Assembly: GCA_963815455.1 (NCBI GenBank)
Contig: CAWFGO010000001.1
Location: forward strand, 512,001 to 576,000
Origin: an uncultured Verrucomicrobiae bacterium
GTDB taxonomy: Bacteria; Verrucomicrobiota; Verrucomicrobiia; Chthoniobacterales; UBA10450
Length of the DNA: 64,000 nt
Direction: 5' to 3'
Below, in pieces: positions 30,831-41,113 of this stretch (its first letter is position 1; each line of letters opens with the position of its first letter). A program made the translations under genes and the position numbers. The notes beneath the pieces were generated by a model. It was not told the origin of the DNA. It made no database searches and was given only the letters and a program-made list of their open reading frames with translations.

Positions 30831-32373
30831 TTAGAACCGGCTGCGCCGGCCTGCGCCGAGAATGCTTCCCAGAAGACCCCGAGCAATCTCACGGCCCACC
30901 GAAGAACTCGCCGCGCGCACGACACTTTTCATCGCGCTGGTCGCCATGGAATCGTGGACGGCTCCGCGCGGACCGATCGTCGGTTTGAAAATAGAACCTG
31001 CTGTTCCGAGGGCCTTTTCCAAAATCGATCCTCCGCCGCCCTCCTGCGGCGCACCTGCCGCTGGCGTTTGCGGAGTTCCCGCCGCCTCGACCCTTTCGCC
31101 GGCTCGTGCCTGCAACTTCTCGTAAGCCGATTCTCGATCGACGGCTTTTTCGTAGTGTCCGGCCAGGACTGATGAGTCGATGATTTGCTTGCGCTGCTGG
31201 GGTGTAATCGCTCCGACCTGACTGTGCGGCGGAACAATCTTCGCCCGCTCGACAATCTGTGGCGTGCCGTTCTCCTCCAACATCGAGACCAGCGCTTCAC
31301 CGACTGCGAGCTCGGTAATGACCGTCTCCACCTTGAACTTTGGGTTCTGTCGAAAAGTCTGCGCCGCAGCCGTCACTGCTTTTTGGTCGCGCGGCGTGAA
31401 TGCGCGCAAGGCGTGTTGGGCGCGATTGCCCAGCTGCCCGAGGACAACATCGGGAATATCGAGCGGATTCTGACTAACGAAGTAAACGCCAACGCCTTTG
31501 GAACGAATCAGCCGCACCATTTGTTCGATCTTCTGTTCGACTGACGGCGCGATATCGGTGAAGAGCAGATGCGCCTCATCGAAAAAGAATACCAGCGTCG
31601 GCTTTTCCGGGTCGCCGATCTCGGGCAACCGCTCGAATAATTCCGAAAGCATCCAAAGCAGGAACGTGGCGTAAACCTTGGGCGACTGTTGCATCAACTT
31701 GTCCGCCGCCAGAATATTGATCACGCCTTTCCCACCTTGGGTTTGGATCAAGTCCTCCAGGTTCAACGCCGGCTCGCCGAAAAATTTGTCTGCGCCCTGC
31801 GATTCCAGGGCCAGCAGGTTACGCTGGATCGCGCCGGCGCTAGCAGTGGAGACATTGCCAAACTCGGTTTTGAACTGGTCAGCATTGTCCGCGACATACT
31901 GCAAGCATCGAGCGCAGGTCTTTAAGATCGAGAAGGAGCAACCCGTTTTCGTCTGCGATCTTAAACACCATGTTTAGCACACCCTCCTGCGTGTCATTCA
32001 ATTCGAGCAATCGGCCCAGCAAAAGCGGCCCCATCTCGGAAATCGTCGCGCGAACAGGATGACCTTGCTCGCCGAATACATCCCAGAAAACGACCGGGCA
32101 TGCCTCCGGTTTGAAATCGTCGATCTTTAGCTCTTTGGCCCGCTCAACGATTTTCGGATTATTTCCGCCGGGTTGACTTAATCCGGCCAGATCGCCTTTG
32201 ACATCCGCCATGAAAACGGGAACGCCCCGCGCGCTAAAAGCCTCGGCCAACGTTTGCAACGTCACGGTCTTGCCGGTGCCGGTCGCTCCGGCAATCAAGC
32301 CGTGCCGATTGGCCATTTTCGGCAGCAAAAAGATCCGGTCTTTTGATTGGGCAATAAAAATTGGATCGCTCAT
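30831..32373 (-). CDS. HerA-like ATPase, DUF853/YjgR family; frameshift near 31905
   Basis: [40 protein letters not shown] and [15 protein letters not shown]. Confidence 0.9.
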
Positions 32374-32461
32374 AAATGAATCTTATGGAGGAACGACCGC
32401 AGCATGCCCGCCGTAGCGGGTGTCCTCCCCAATCTAGCGGGACGCGACGGAGCGCATCTCC

Positions 32462-32884
32462 TCATAATTCGCGCCGTCGCCACGCCCCCAAAACTATACC
32501 GCTAATCGCAAAGGCGAGAAAGGGCCGGCCCATGTTGATAAAAACAAGGGGCCAGGGGTTTGTCTCAAAGGCTGAAAAGACGGAGATCGTCGCGTATTGA
32601 GCGAGCAAAAATGCAAAATAGCAGACGAGCGCGATCTTCAATCCGGTCAGGGCATGGCCGACATGCAGCTTCGTGAATAACCATGCCAGCGCGTAATTAA
32701 CCAACACGGCCGAGACAATCGCGATTAAGTAGGGAATGACACTATGTGGCTGCTCGATGTCGGTCATCGTTCGCGCGTTATAGTTCAACCAGGCGTCGCC
32801 AAAGAGCGAATACCAGCCGAGCCCGATAAAGAAATGAATGATGACCAGGACCCAAACGGCGAGATGATGGATTTTGTGGTTCAT
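32462..32884 (-). CDS. DUF1761-like membrane protein
   Basis: Four TM segments with the GLGWYSLFG..W signature. Confidence 0.65.
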   Translation of the reverse strand: MNHKIHHLAVWVLVIIHFFIGLGWYSLFGDAWLNYNARTMTDIEQPHSVIPYLIAIVSAVLVNYALAWLFTKLHVGHALTGLKIALVCYFAFLLAQYATISVFSAFETNPWPLVFINMGRPFLAFAISGIVLGAWRRREL

Positions 32885-32974
32885 CCAGAAGCCGGGATTA
32901 TCCAGCGGCTATGGTTTGCAAGGCAAGCGGATTCTGAACTGCCGTCGCCCACAGGGCGACGGCGAACGCCCCAC

Positions 32975-34162
32975 CTATTCTTCAATGCGTTTCAACAGGA
33001 CGGCCGCACCGACAAAGGTAATCAGGGCGCCAAACAGAAGGACGACAAGATCGACAGCGTAAAACGAGATCCCGGCGTGATACATATTCACCAGCCGGAA
33101 GGCACGGCAGAAGTGGGTAAGCGGGAAGAGCTCGGCGATATAACGAACCCCGCCGGGTAGTTGTTCCAGTGGCGCAAACGCCCCCGAGAGCACGAACACC
33201 GGCAGCAGGAAGAAAACAGAAAACTGAATGGCCTGTGTCTGCGTCCGAGAGAACGCAGAGATCAACAGGCCGAGGCCGAGAGAACAAAGAAGAAAAAGAA
33301 AACAGACCAGGGCCAATGCGCCCGGTTGATAAAAGCGGACCCCGAAATGCCAGGCGGCCACGGCGGTGATCATTACCACCAAAAAACTGGAGACGACAAG
33401 ATACGGTAGAATTTTCCCTATCACGATCTCGCGGCGCCGGAGTGACGTCACCAACAGTTGATAAAGCGTGCCCGATTCGCGTTCACGCGCGATCGTGCAA
33501 GCCATGAGCGTGACAGTGAGTAATTGCAGAATCAAGCCGATCACGCCCGGCACGACGTAATCGATGAAGCGCGACTTCGGATTGTATAGATTTTTCGAAT
33601 CTGTCGTCCACGCGGTCATCAGTGAGACAAATTGCTTGCGGATATCGACCGGAAGTTTTTTGCCCAACTCTATTACGTCTTCAGGCAAACCCTCGACGAT
33701 CGAGTCGCGCTCCTTCGCCTGAAACTCACCCAGATTCTTTTGCACGGCGCCTTCGACTGCACTGGCGGTGTTCGTGTCGCTATCATCGAGATACAAAGGA
33801 AGTGGCATAGGGTCCCCCTTGTCGAGACGATCGGTCCAACCAGCCGGGATAACGAGACTCGCCTTCACTCCGTGTCCAACCAGGTCCGACTCACCCTGAA
33901 AACCCGGGGCCGGTTTTCGCCACTGAAAGGTTTTATCTTTCAAAATGATCTCGATGAAACGAGCCGCGCGCGGCGTTTGATCGCGATCGATCAACAAAGC
34001 GGGAACGCCGGTTAACTCTGTATTTTCGAATGCGTGCCCGAAAATCAGCATGAAGAAAGGCGGCAGAACGAGTAGCAAAATCAGGACGCGGCGATCGCGG
34101 TAGATGTGCAAAAATTCCTTGTAAGCGACGCTGGCGATTGCGTTGAGGGTGGCCGATTTCAT
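32975..34162 (-). CDS. ABC-2 transporter permease (YbhR/YbhS-like)
   Basis: KEFLHIYRDRR, YNP, IARERESGT and LSGAFAPLE..P. Confidence 0.9.
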   Translation of the reverse strand: MKSATLNAIASVAYKEFLHIYRDRRVLILLLVLPPFFMLIFGHAFENTELTGVPALLIDRDQTPRAARFIEIILKDKTFQWRKPAPGFQGESDLVGHGVKASLVIPAGWTDRLDKGDPMPLPLYLDDSDTNTASAVEGAVQKNLGEFQAKERDSIVEGLPEDVIELGKKLPVDIRKQFVSLMTAWTTDSKNLYNPKSRFIDYVVPGVIGLILQLLTVTLMACTIARERESGTLYQLLVTSLRRREIVIGKILPYLVVSSFLVVMITAVAAWHFGVRFYQPGALALVCFLFLLCSLGLGLLISAFSRTQTQAIQFSVFFLLPVFVLSGAFAPLEQLPGGVRYIAELFPLTHFCRAFRLVNMYHAGISFYAVDLVVLLFGALITFVGAAVLLKRIEE

Positions 34163-35109
34163 CAGGTCAATTTGTTCAGAACGGCTTCATATCCCTGCGA
34201 ATACGCGGTAAAGACGTCTTCCATGTCGGGCGCAACCCAGCGTTCGCCGAGCAACCGCAAATCGGGGAATGGCCAGTTCGCTCGCCAATTGGCGATTAAT
34301 TGTTCCGGGTCCGCGGCATAAATTCGGACCGCGCCGCTGCGCAGCGAAACGCCAAGGATTTCGGGAACGGTTCGCAACCGAACCAACGCGGGCATCACAG
34401 GATCGACATCGACCTCGAGAAGTTTCGTGCGGAAACTCGACTTCAAAGCGCGCGGCGGCGCCTTGGCCAGGAGCCGCCCGCCGTGGAGAAACCCAACCTC
34501 GGTGCAACGCTCGGCTTCATCCATGTAATGGGTCGTGACCAGGATGGTCTTGCCGGCGTTCCCTAAGTCGTAGAGTAAATTCCAGATTTGATGTCGATGC
34601 ACCGGATCGAGTCCGGAGGTCGGTTCGTCCAGAAAAAGCAACGGCGGATCGTGCACCAGCGCGCAACCAAGCGACAGGAGCTGCCGCATCCCGCCGGAGA
34701 GATTCCCGGCGGGTGTATCGCGTTTGGCTTCGAGATCGGTGAGCCCAAGCAGGCGAGCGATTTGGCCATCCAAATCGACGGCAGGCACGCGGCAGGCTCC
34801 GGCAAAGAAGCGGAAATTTTCCTCCACGGTCAGATCGGGATACAAGCTGAAGCGTTGCGCGACGTAGCCGAATTTCGTGCGGGCCAGATGTCGGTCTTTC
34901 CAGACATTCCGGCCGGCAATCTCGGCCGTTCCACTGGTGGGATGGGTCAGCCCGCACAGCATCCGAATAGTGGTCGTTTTGCCCGCGCCATTGGCGCCGA
35001 GAAGACCCAGGATGATGCCCGCATCGACGGTGAGCGAAAGATCCCGAACCGCCTGAAGGTGGCCAAAGGTTTTGCTCAATCCTTTGAGCACGATCACTGG
35101 TTCATTCAT
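34162..35109 (-). CDS. ABC transporter ATP-binding protein
   Basis: GANGAGKTT, LSGG, FLDEPTSGLDP and TTHYMDEAE. Confidence 0.92.
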   Translation of the reverse strand: MNEPVIVLKGLSKTFGHLQAVRDLSLTVDAGIILGLLGANGAGKTTTIRMLCGLTHPTSGTAEIAGRNVWKDRHLARTKFGYVAQRFSLYPDLTVEENFRFFAGACRVPAVDLDGQIARLLGLTDLEAKRDTPAGNLSGGMRQLLSLGCALVHDPPLLFLDEPTSGLDPVHRHQIWNLLYDLGNAGKTILVTTHYMDEAERCTEVGFLHGGRLLAKAPPRALKSSFRTKLLEVDVDPVMPALVRLRTVPEILGVSLRSGAVRIYAADPEQLIANWRANWPFPDLRLLGERWVAPDMEDVFTAYSQGYEAVLNKLT

Positions 35110-35177
35110 TTCCGAACTGTACTTGCAATGATGCAATCAGATTTGCAACCACTGGGTGCCATCGATTAGGTATCCTC

Positions 35178-36188
35178 ATGATCAAGCACTTGCTCACAGT
35201 TTCGGTTCTGCTGTTCTGGACAACACCAGGCATCGTTCGCGCAGACGCCGTGTCCGATCTCGATGGCTTTTCAGTTTTCGGCAAGATCGACATCGCCGAG
35301 CTGGCCAAGAGTGATGTTAAAACCCTGCCCGGTCCGCCCATGGACGGGCGTTTTCTGTCGGTGCAAACCTGCTACGTCATGCCAGGCTCGCCCGCACAGC
35401 AAATGGAAGCCCTTAAGAAATGGAACCCCGCCAAACATCGGGAGCTGAAGGTCCTCCTTCACTCGGATCTGCCCGCCGCGCCGGCACCTTCCAGCTTTTT
35501 AAAACTAAAGGACGCGCCTGATAACAGCGCAGTTGATGCATTCGTCTCGGCAACGCAGAAGCTTAGCTCCGACCTGCAAATCAGCAAAGACGAGGCGAAG
35601 AAATTCTCCGCCGGCGCAAGTGGCAGTGGAAAAATGCCTCCCGGAGTCGTCGTTTTTTGGAACGATCTGCTCGCTGCTCGCGCCAAAAACTTCGTTTCCG
35701 GCGGAACAGCGGCGCAGCCTCCTTACGATCATGGCGGCGACACCATTCGACCGAATGAGGAACTCAATTCTCTGCTGAAAAAGCAGGACAAAGTCCGGAA
35801 GCAATTTGCCGGCTTTCTCGGCGAAACTGGAATTGGACGTGGCGCGGGATCGATTTCTCCTGAGCTCTACTGGGAATTTCTTGATGTCGATGGAAACGGC
35901 GTCGTCACGCTCGGGGCATCTTACAACAAAGCCGTCGCCGACCGGGCCTATCAGGAGGCCGACGTTCTTTACTATGCCAGCGGCGGTTACTATGTTGCGC
36001 TTACGCTTTACCAAATGTGGCCAGTGACCGTGGACGGAAAAGCGTCTACTCTGGTCTGGCGCGGCGATCTTACCTCCTCGGCGTCGCTCGAGTCACTGCA
36101 CGGCGTCGAGCGGCTCGCCTCCGAATCGGCAATGATGAAAGATATTTCCAAGGCGGTAGCGATGTTCCGAAAGGATACAGCCCGTTAA
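35178..36188 (+). CDS. Hypothetical secreted protein
   Basis: Signal peptide and 336-aa ORF with natural composition; no family recognised. Confidence 0.7.
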   Translation: MIKHLLTVSVLLFWTTPGIVRADAVSDLDGFSVFGKIDIAELAKSDVKTLPGPPMDGRFLSVQTCYVMPGSPAQQMEALKKWNPAKHRELKVLLHSDLPAAPAPSSFLKLKDAPDNSAVDAFVSATQKLSSDLQISKDEAKKFSAGASGSGKMPPGVVVFWNDLLAARAKNFVSGGTAAQPPYDHGGDTIRPNEELNSLLKKQDKVRKQFAGFLGETGIGRGAGSISPELYWEFLDVDGNGVVTLGASYNKAVADRAYQEADVLYYASGGYYVALTLYQMWPVTVDGKASTLVWRGDLTSSASLESLHGVERLASESAMMKDISKAVAMFRKDTAR

Positions 36189-36201
36189 CCGACTAAAGGG
36201 C

Positions 36202-37155
36202 ATGATACCTTTCCGTTCTCGATCCTGCCGTCGGACCGGCCCGCCTAATTGGCGGACCTGGCCCAGAGCGAGCATCCTGGTACTGTTTTTCTTGACGACG
36301 TCGATCCTCGGCGAGGAGCCAACAGTCGATTGGTTCAAGCCGATCCTGTCGTTGACCAAGAGCGGTGAATATTCGATTGAAGAAACCTACGTCGGCGACG
36401 CCTCAGTAAGTCGAGGCGTGCATCACGTTGAAGACTTCGATGAACACAACATTCATTTCCGCTATGTTTCCACGCCACGGATGAGCTTGGGCGTTTTGCG
36501 CCTGGGCGTGGACTGGGAACACTTTTCATTCGGATTTCCAGGGGGCACACCGCTTCCGAATACATTTCAATCCGCCAATCTTATTCTCGGGATCGACACT
36601 CAACTTTCCGACTCGATCCTGATGAGGCTCGAGGTGCAGCCGGGATTTTACGGAACCAACAATGCCGACGTGAACCAGATCAACGTGCCGTTCATTGCCG
36701 GGGGGACTTATATTTACAATCCGAATTTGCAAATCATCGCCGGCGTGAGCATCGACGTGGAGCGCGATTATCCTGTTATTCCGGCGGCGGGGATCCGATG
36801 GAAAGTGGCCCGACAATGGGTAATCAATGCGGTATTGCCCACGCCGCGGCTCGAGTACGAAGCCACGAAAAGCGTAACTTTGTATACCGGAGCAAACATT
36901 AAGCAGACCAACTTCCGCGTGGAACGCGATTTCGGCTCCACCCACAGTATCAAACGCCTCAACAACGCAGTGCTCAGTTACAGCGAAGTTCGGGGAGGGA
37001 TCGGCATCGACTGGAAGCTGACTTCGTTCGCCACGCTCACCGCCGAAGCTGGCTACCAACCGTATCGAAACTTCGATTTCTACCGGGCCGACATCCGCTT
37101 CCACGAAGATGGCAGCGCGCCCTACGGGATGATTTCAGTGCACGGCGCGTTCTGA
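36202..37155 (+). CDS. Outer-membrane beta-barrel protein (DUF6268-like)
   Basis: Alternating beta-strands, PVIPAAGIRW...VLPTPRLEY, C-terminal Phe. Confidence 0.7.
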   Translation: MIPFRSRSCRRTGPPNWRTWPRASILVLFFLTTSILGEEPTVDWFKPILSLTKSGEYSIEETYVGDASVSRGVHHVEDFDEHNIHFRYVSTPRMSLGVLRLGVDWEHFSFGFPGGTPLPNTFQSANLILGIDTQLSDSILMRLEVQPGFYGTNNADVNQINVPFIAGGTYIYNPNLQIIAGVSIDVERDYPVIPAAGIRWKVARQWVINAVLPTPRLEYEATKSVTLYTGANIKQTNFRVERDFGSTHSIKRLNNAVLSYSEVRGGIGIDWKLTSFATLTAEAGYQPYRNFDFYRADIRFHEDGSAPYGMISVHGAF

Positions 37156-37159
37156 CCTT

Positions 37160-37200
37160 GTCATCCCGAGCGCGGCGCAGCGGAGTCGAAGGATCCCGCG
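37160..37200. repeat. Half REP-like element, GTCATCCCGAGC family
   Basis: gtcatcccgagcgcggcgcagcggagtcgaaggatccc between convergent genes. Confidence 0.75.
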
Positions 37201-37239
37201 ATGTCACGATAAAGTGATGCAACCGGGCTCCTTGGCATA

Positions 37240-38025
37240 TCAGTATAATTCCGGGCGACGATGCGCAAAGACCGCCATTCCCTGCCGGACCGATTCGATG
37301 ACTTCTAACGAGAGATCGGCCAGGAGCAGTTCCTCGCGATCGGCTGACGCCCCGGCGACGACGGTTCCGTAGGGATCGATGATCGCCGAGGTGCCACAAA
37401 ATTTGACGCCGTCATCCTTGCCCACGCGATTTGCCAGAACGAGATAGCTTTGATTCTCAATCGCCCGGCTCAGCGCCAGGATGCGGAGATGCTCGACGCG
37501 CGGGAACGGCCAGGCCGAAGAATTGACCAAGAGATTCACGCCATGCTCGACCGCCAGGGCGCGGCACACCTCGGGAAAGCGCAGATCGTAGCAAATCGTC
37601 AGGCCGAGATTGAACTTGCCGATCTTGCACGAAACGAATGCGTCGCCAGGAGTGAAAACCGGTCGCTCATCAAGCGGTGCGGCGGTAACAAGGTGCGTCT
37701 TGCGATATTTGGCAATAATCTGTCCGTTCGAATCGATAAAGACTTGCGAGTTATAGATGCGGGAACCATCGCGATCGGAAACGCCGGCGATGATGCCGAG
37801 GGACAATTCTTTCGCGATGCCTTGCCACTCAGGAACCGCGCCGTTATCCCACGTGGTCGCGTGTTTTTGGATCACTGGCATCGAATAGCCGGTGTCGATC
37901 ATTTCCGGAAAAACGATTAGCTCAGCGCCGGATCGTTTCGCGCGCGCAGCAAAGTCGCGAATTTTATGCAGGTTCGCGTTGAGATCGCCCGGCGTGCACG
38001 AGATTTGAGCGACAGCGATTTTCAT
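37240..38025 (-). CDS. Carbon-nitrogen hydrolase (nitrilase superfamily)
   Basis: Glu-Lys-Cys triad in VFPEM, YRKTHL and ICYDLRFPE; also RAIENQ. Confidence 0.92.
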   Translation of the reverse strand: MKIAVAQISCTPGDLNANLHKIRDFAARAKRSGAELIVFPEMIDTGYSMPVIQKHATTWDNGAVPEWQGIAKELSLGIIAGVSDRDGSRIYNSQVFIDSNGQIIAKYRKTHLVTAAPLDERPVFTPGDAFVSCKIGKFNLGLTICYDLRFPEVCRALAVEHGVNLLVNSSAWPFPRVEHLRILALSRAIENQSYLVLANRVGKDDGVKFCGTSAIIDPYGTVVAGASADREELLLADLSLEVIESVRQGMAVFAHRRPELY

Positions 38026-38128
38026 CGGTAGGGCGACGCTCCGCGGAGCCGTCGAATTCGACAAGCGAAATTCGTGGGCTCCCGCCGCAACGGGTAAACT
38101 GTAGAGTCCCGCCCTACCGACGCAATTG

Positions 38129-39526
38129 CTAACGCAAATCCTTGTCCAGCGCGCCGATCTTGCGCGTTTCGGGCCAGCCGAAGGCAACGACCAGCACGAC
38201 CAGAATGGTTCCGATTCCTCCGGCCACAACCGAAATCACGGGACCGAAGAGGGCCGCAGTCAGTCCGGATTCGAGCGCACCGAATTCGTTCGAGGTGCCA
38301 ATAAAAATATTATTCACGGACGAAACCCGGCCGCGCATTTCATCGGGGGTGACCAGCTGCACAATCGAGCCGCGGATAATCACACTCACGCTGTCGACCG
38401 CGCCGACGAGAAAGAGCAAGCCCAGGGAGAGCCAGAAGACTTTGGACAGACCAAAGAGAACCGTTGTAATCCCGAAAGCGGTCACGCACCAAAGCAATGT
38501 CCTGCCGGCATGTTTCATCGGTGGCAAATGCGCAACCGTTAGTGCCATGGCGAATGCGCCGACGGCGGGCGCGGCCCGCATCCACCCAAGACCGATCGGT
38601 CCGCAGTGGAGGATTTGATCGGCAAAAATAGGCAGCAAAGCGGTCGCGCCTCCCAGAAGCACCGCGAACAAATCGAGCGTAATTGTGGCCAGGATAACTT
38701 TCTTGCTAAAGACGAATCGCAAACCGGCCAGAAGACTTCGCCACGTTCCTTTTTCCGCGCGATTCGCAGTTCGCACGCCGCGACGGATCGGAAGCACGAG
38801 GAGAAAGAATGAAAACGCAAACAAAGCATCGAGCGCGTAGACAAACGGAAAACCAATATGAGCAATGAGCAGACCGCTAACTGCCGGACCGACTACCGAT
38901 CCAATTTGAAAAATGCTGTTATTCCAGGTTACGGCATTTGAGAACGCGTCGCGCGGTATCAGCGTAGGGAAGAACGCACTCCGCGCCGCCCAGCCGAAGG
39001 TGCGCGCGGTTCCGGCAAGGAAAAGCAAAAGATAAATCAGCGGAATAGATGCGTCGTCGAAATGGAACGCCGGATTATGCCGTTCGAAAACCGCGGCGAT
39101 GGCGGTGAGCGCGCCGTTGCTTTGACGCAAGATCGACCACTGCGGAATTGCCAGATGTTTCCATGAAACCAGAGCGAGCGCGATAGACGTGAGCGCGCTG
39201 AAGATTTGCGAGATCAAGATGATCCGTTTCCGGCTGAATCGGTCGGCCAAATGACCGGCTGGCAGGGAGAGACCGACCACCGGGATCACGATTACGAGAC
39301 CGACCAGTCCCAAGGCCGTCGCAGAATGAGTGCGCGCGTAAATTTCCCATTCCACGGCCACGGCCAACATTTGGCGTCCAATGATCGAGATCAGATTGCC
39401 GGCGGTGAAAAAACTAAATCCGCGCGAACGAAACGCGGCATAGGGATCGTGCGATCGAACTTCCGACTTAACGAATGGAGGAACCGATGGCCGCTGGCCA
39501 CGCGGCGGTTCGTAATCGGTCGGCAT
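38129..39526 (-). CDS. MFS transporter (MFS_3 type)
   Basis: GHLADRFSRK, about 12 TM segments, LDLFAVLLGGATALLP and TPDEMRGRV. Confidence 0.9.
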   Translation of the reverse strand: MPTDYEPPRGQRPSVPPFVKSEVRSHDPYAAFRSRGFSFFTAGNLISIIGRQMLAVAVEWEIYARTHSATALGLVGLVIVIPVVGLSLPAGHLADRFSRKRIILISQIFSALTSIALALVSWKHLAIPQWSILRQSNGALTAIAAVFERHNPAFHFDDASIPLIYLLLFLAGTARTFGWAARSAFFPTLIPRDAFSNAVTWNNSIFQIGSVVGPAVSGLLIAHIGFPFVYALDALFAFSFFLLVLPIRRGVRTANRAEKGTWRSLLAGLRFVFSKKVILATITLDLFAVLLGGATALLPIFADQILHCGPIGLGWMRAAPAVGAFAMALTVAHLPPMKHAGRTLLWCVTAFGITTVLFGLSKVFWLSLGLLFLVGAVDSVSVIIRGSIVQLVTPDEMRGRVSSVNNIFIGTSNEFGALESGLTAALFGPVISVVAGGIGTILVVLVVAFGWPETRKIGALDKDLR

Positions 39527-39600
39527 CGGGAAAAGTGACGCGGGCTTGTCCGGTTGCCAGCGAAAATTCAGTTTCTAAAGGCGGAGCCCTTTCCTGTTCG

Positions 39601-41047
39601 TCATTGATTCACGCCGGGTGCCGAAACGACATGCACAGGGCCAGAGGAAAAAAGGATGTCTCCATACTCTGCGGGTTTGGCGTTCTTGGGGAATTTTGTG
39701 ACGACGAGCACACTCTTGAAATTGCGGCCGGCTTGGGCCGATTCCAAACCCTTCATCCATTTTCCTGTCTTTAAGTAGACGTAACAGATGTCGTTTTGCT
39801 CGAGATTTGCATGCGTTAACTGATCGATGTCGATCTTATTGGCCTTCAGCCAATCAACGAGCGCCAGCCAGTTTTTTTCGGGCGGCTCCTGAAAGCGGAT
39901 CGGCGCCACCGCCGCAATGAGAAACAATGCGACCGCAACTGATGCGAGCCAGGGCAATCCCCGTTCATACCAATTCCGCAACGGCTTAAACGGAATCCGG
40001 CAGAGCGCCCAGGCCACGATCCAAGCCAGCATGGGATAGAGCGGCAATGCGTAGTTCGGCTTTTTATCTACGAAGAGGCTGATCGCGACGAACCAGACTC
40101 CTACCCACACCGCTGCAAATATTACAAAATGGCGTCGGCGACAATCCGCTTGATCGCGGTTTCCTAACCGCCAGATAAACCGCGTAAATCAGCCCGATCA
40201 TCCACGGCCAATACGTCGCCGCGTTTTCCTTCAAATAATAAAACACCGATCCACCTTGATTTTTTCTGGTCGCATACTCAACGACTTCGTGGCCAAAATA
40301 GCGATCGATGAAACTCTGGCCGAAAAGCGAATACATGTAGAGATGCCACGGCGCAGCGATGAGGATCGACAACGGCAGCGCTCCAAGCACCAGCCAAATG
40401 ATAAGGCGGGCCTGTCCGGCCATCGCCAGCCAGCCTGCGAGAATGGGCAGCGCGATCAGCGCGACGAACTGTTTGCACATCAGCCCAAGACCGATTGGGA
40501 TTCCGCATGCAACAAGCAGCCAGCCCCGACCCCTTTCCGAACCGCCTCGCAACACTTTGGTAACCAGCCAGACCGCGATCATGAGAAAAAAGAGCTGCCA
40601 CATGTCGATCGAGATCTCGCGGGTGCGCCGGAAGAATTCGTAGATCGAGGCGAGCACGATCCCGCTGACAACCGCTTCCCGTTGCGTTCCTAAATTGCGC
40701 ACCGACAACATGCTCAGGGCGAGAACGCCCATCGCCGCCAAAATGCTCGGAACACGCGCCGCGACCAGATTTGGTCCAAAGTGTTTCAGGAAAAATCCGT
40801 GGATCCAGAGCCCGAGCGGAGGCTTGTTGAAATACATTTTTTCCGCGTTGGCGTAAGGCGTGAGCAGCGAACCGCCTTGATACATGTAAAGACCGATGGC
40901 GGCGTAGCGGACCGTGTCGCGGCGAAATTCTCCCTGCTCCAGATGCGGCAGCGTAACCGCGAGCAGGATCAAAATCGGAATGAGATAGAGTTTGAGACGG
41001 CGGGAAGCTGAAGTCATTCCGAGCGGAGTCGAGGAATCCCGTTGCAT
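39601..41047 (-). CDS. ArnT/PMT-family (GT39/GT83-like) membrane glycosyltransferase; frameshift near 40115, start uncertain
   Basis: DTVRYA, YFNKPPL, ARVPS, PWHLY and KKPNYALPLYP. Confidence 0.85.
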
Positions 41048-41094
41048 TACTTTATGATACGTCCGCGGGATCCTTCGACTTCGCTCAGGATGAC
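41013..41094. repeat. REP-like palindromic element, GTCATTCCGAGC family
   Basis: gtcattccgagcggagtcgaggaatccc ... gggatccttcgacttcgctcaggatgac. Confidence 0.85.
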
Positions 41095-41113
41095 CGGCGC
41101 TATCGGTGAAGCG

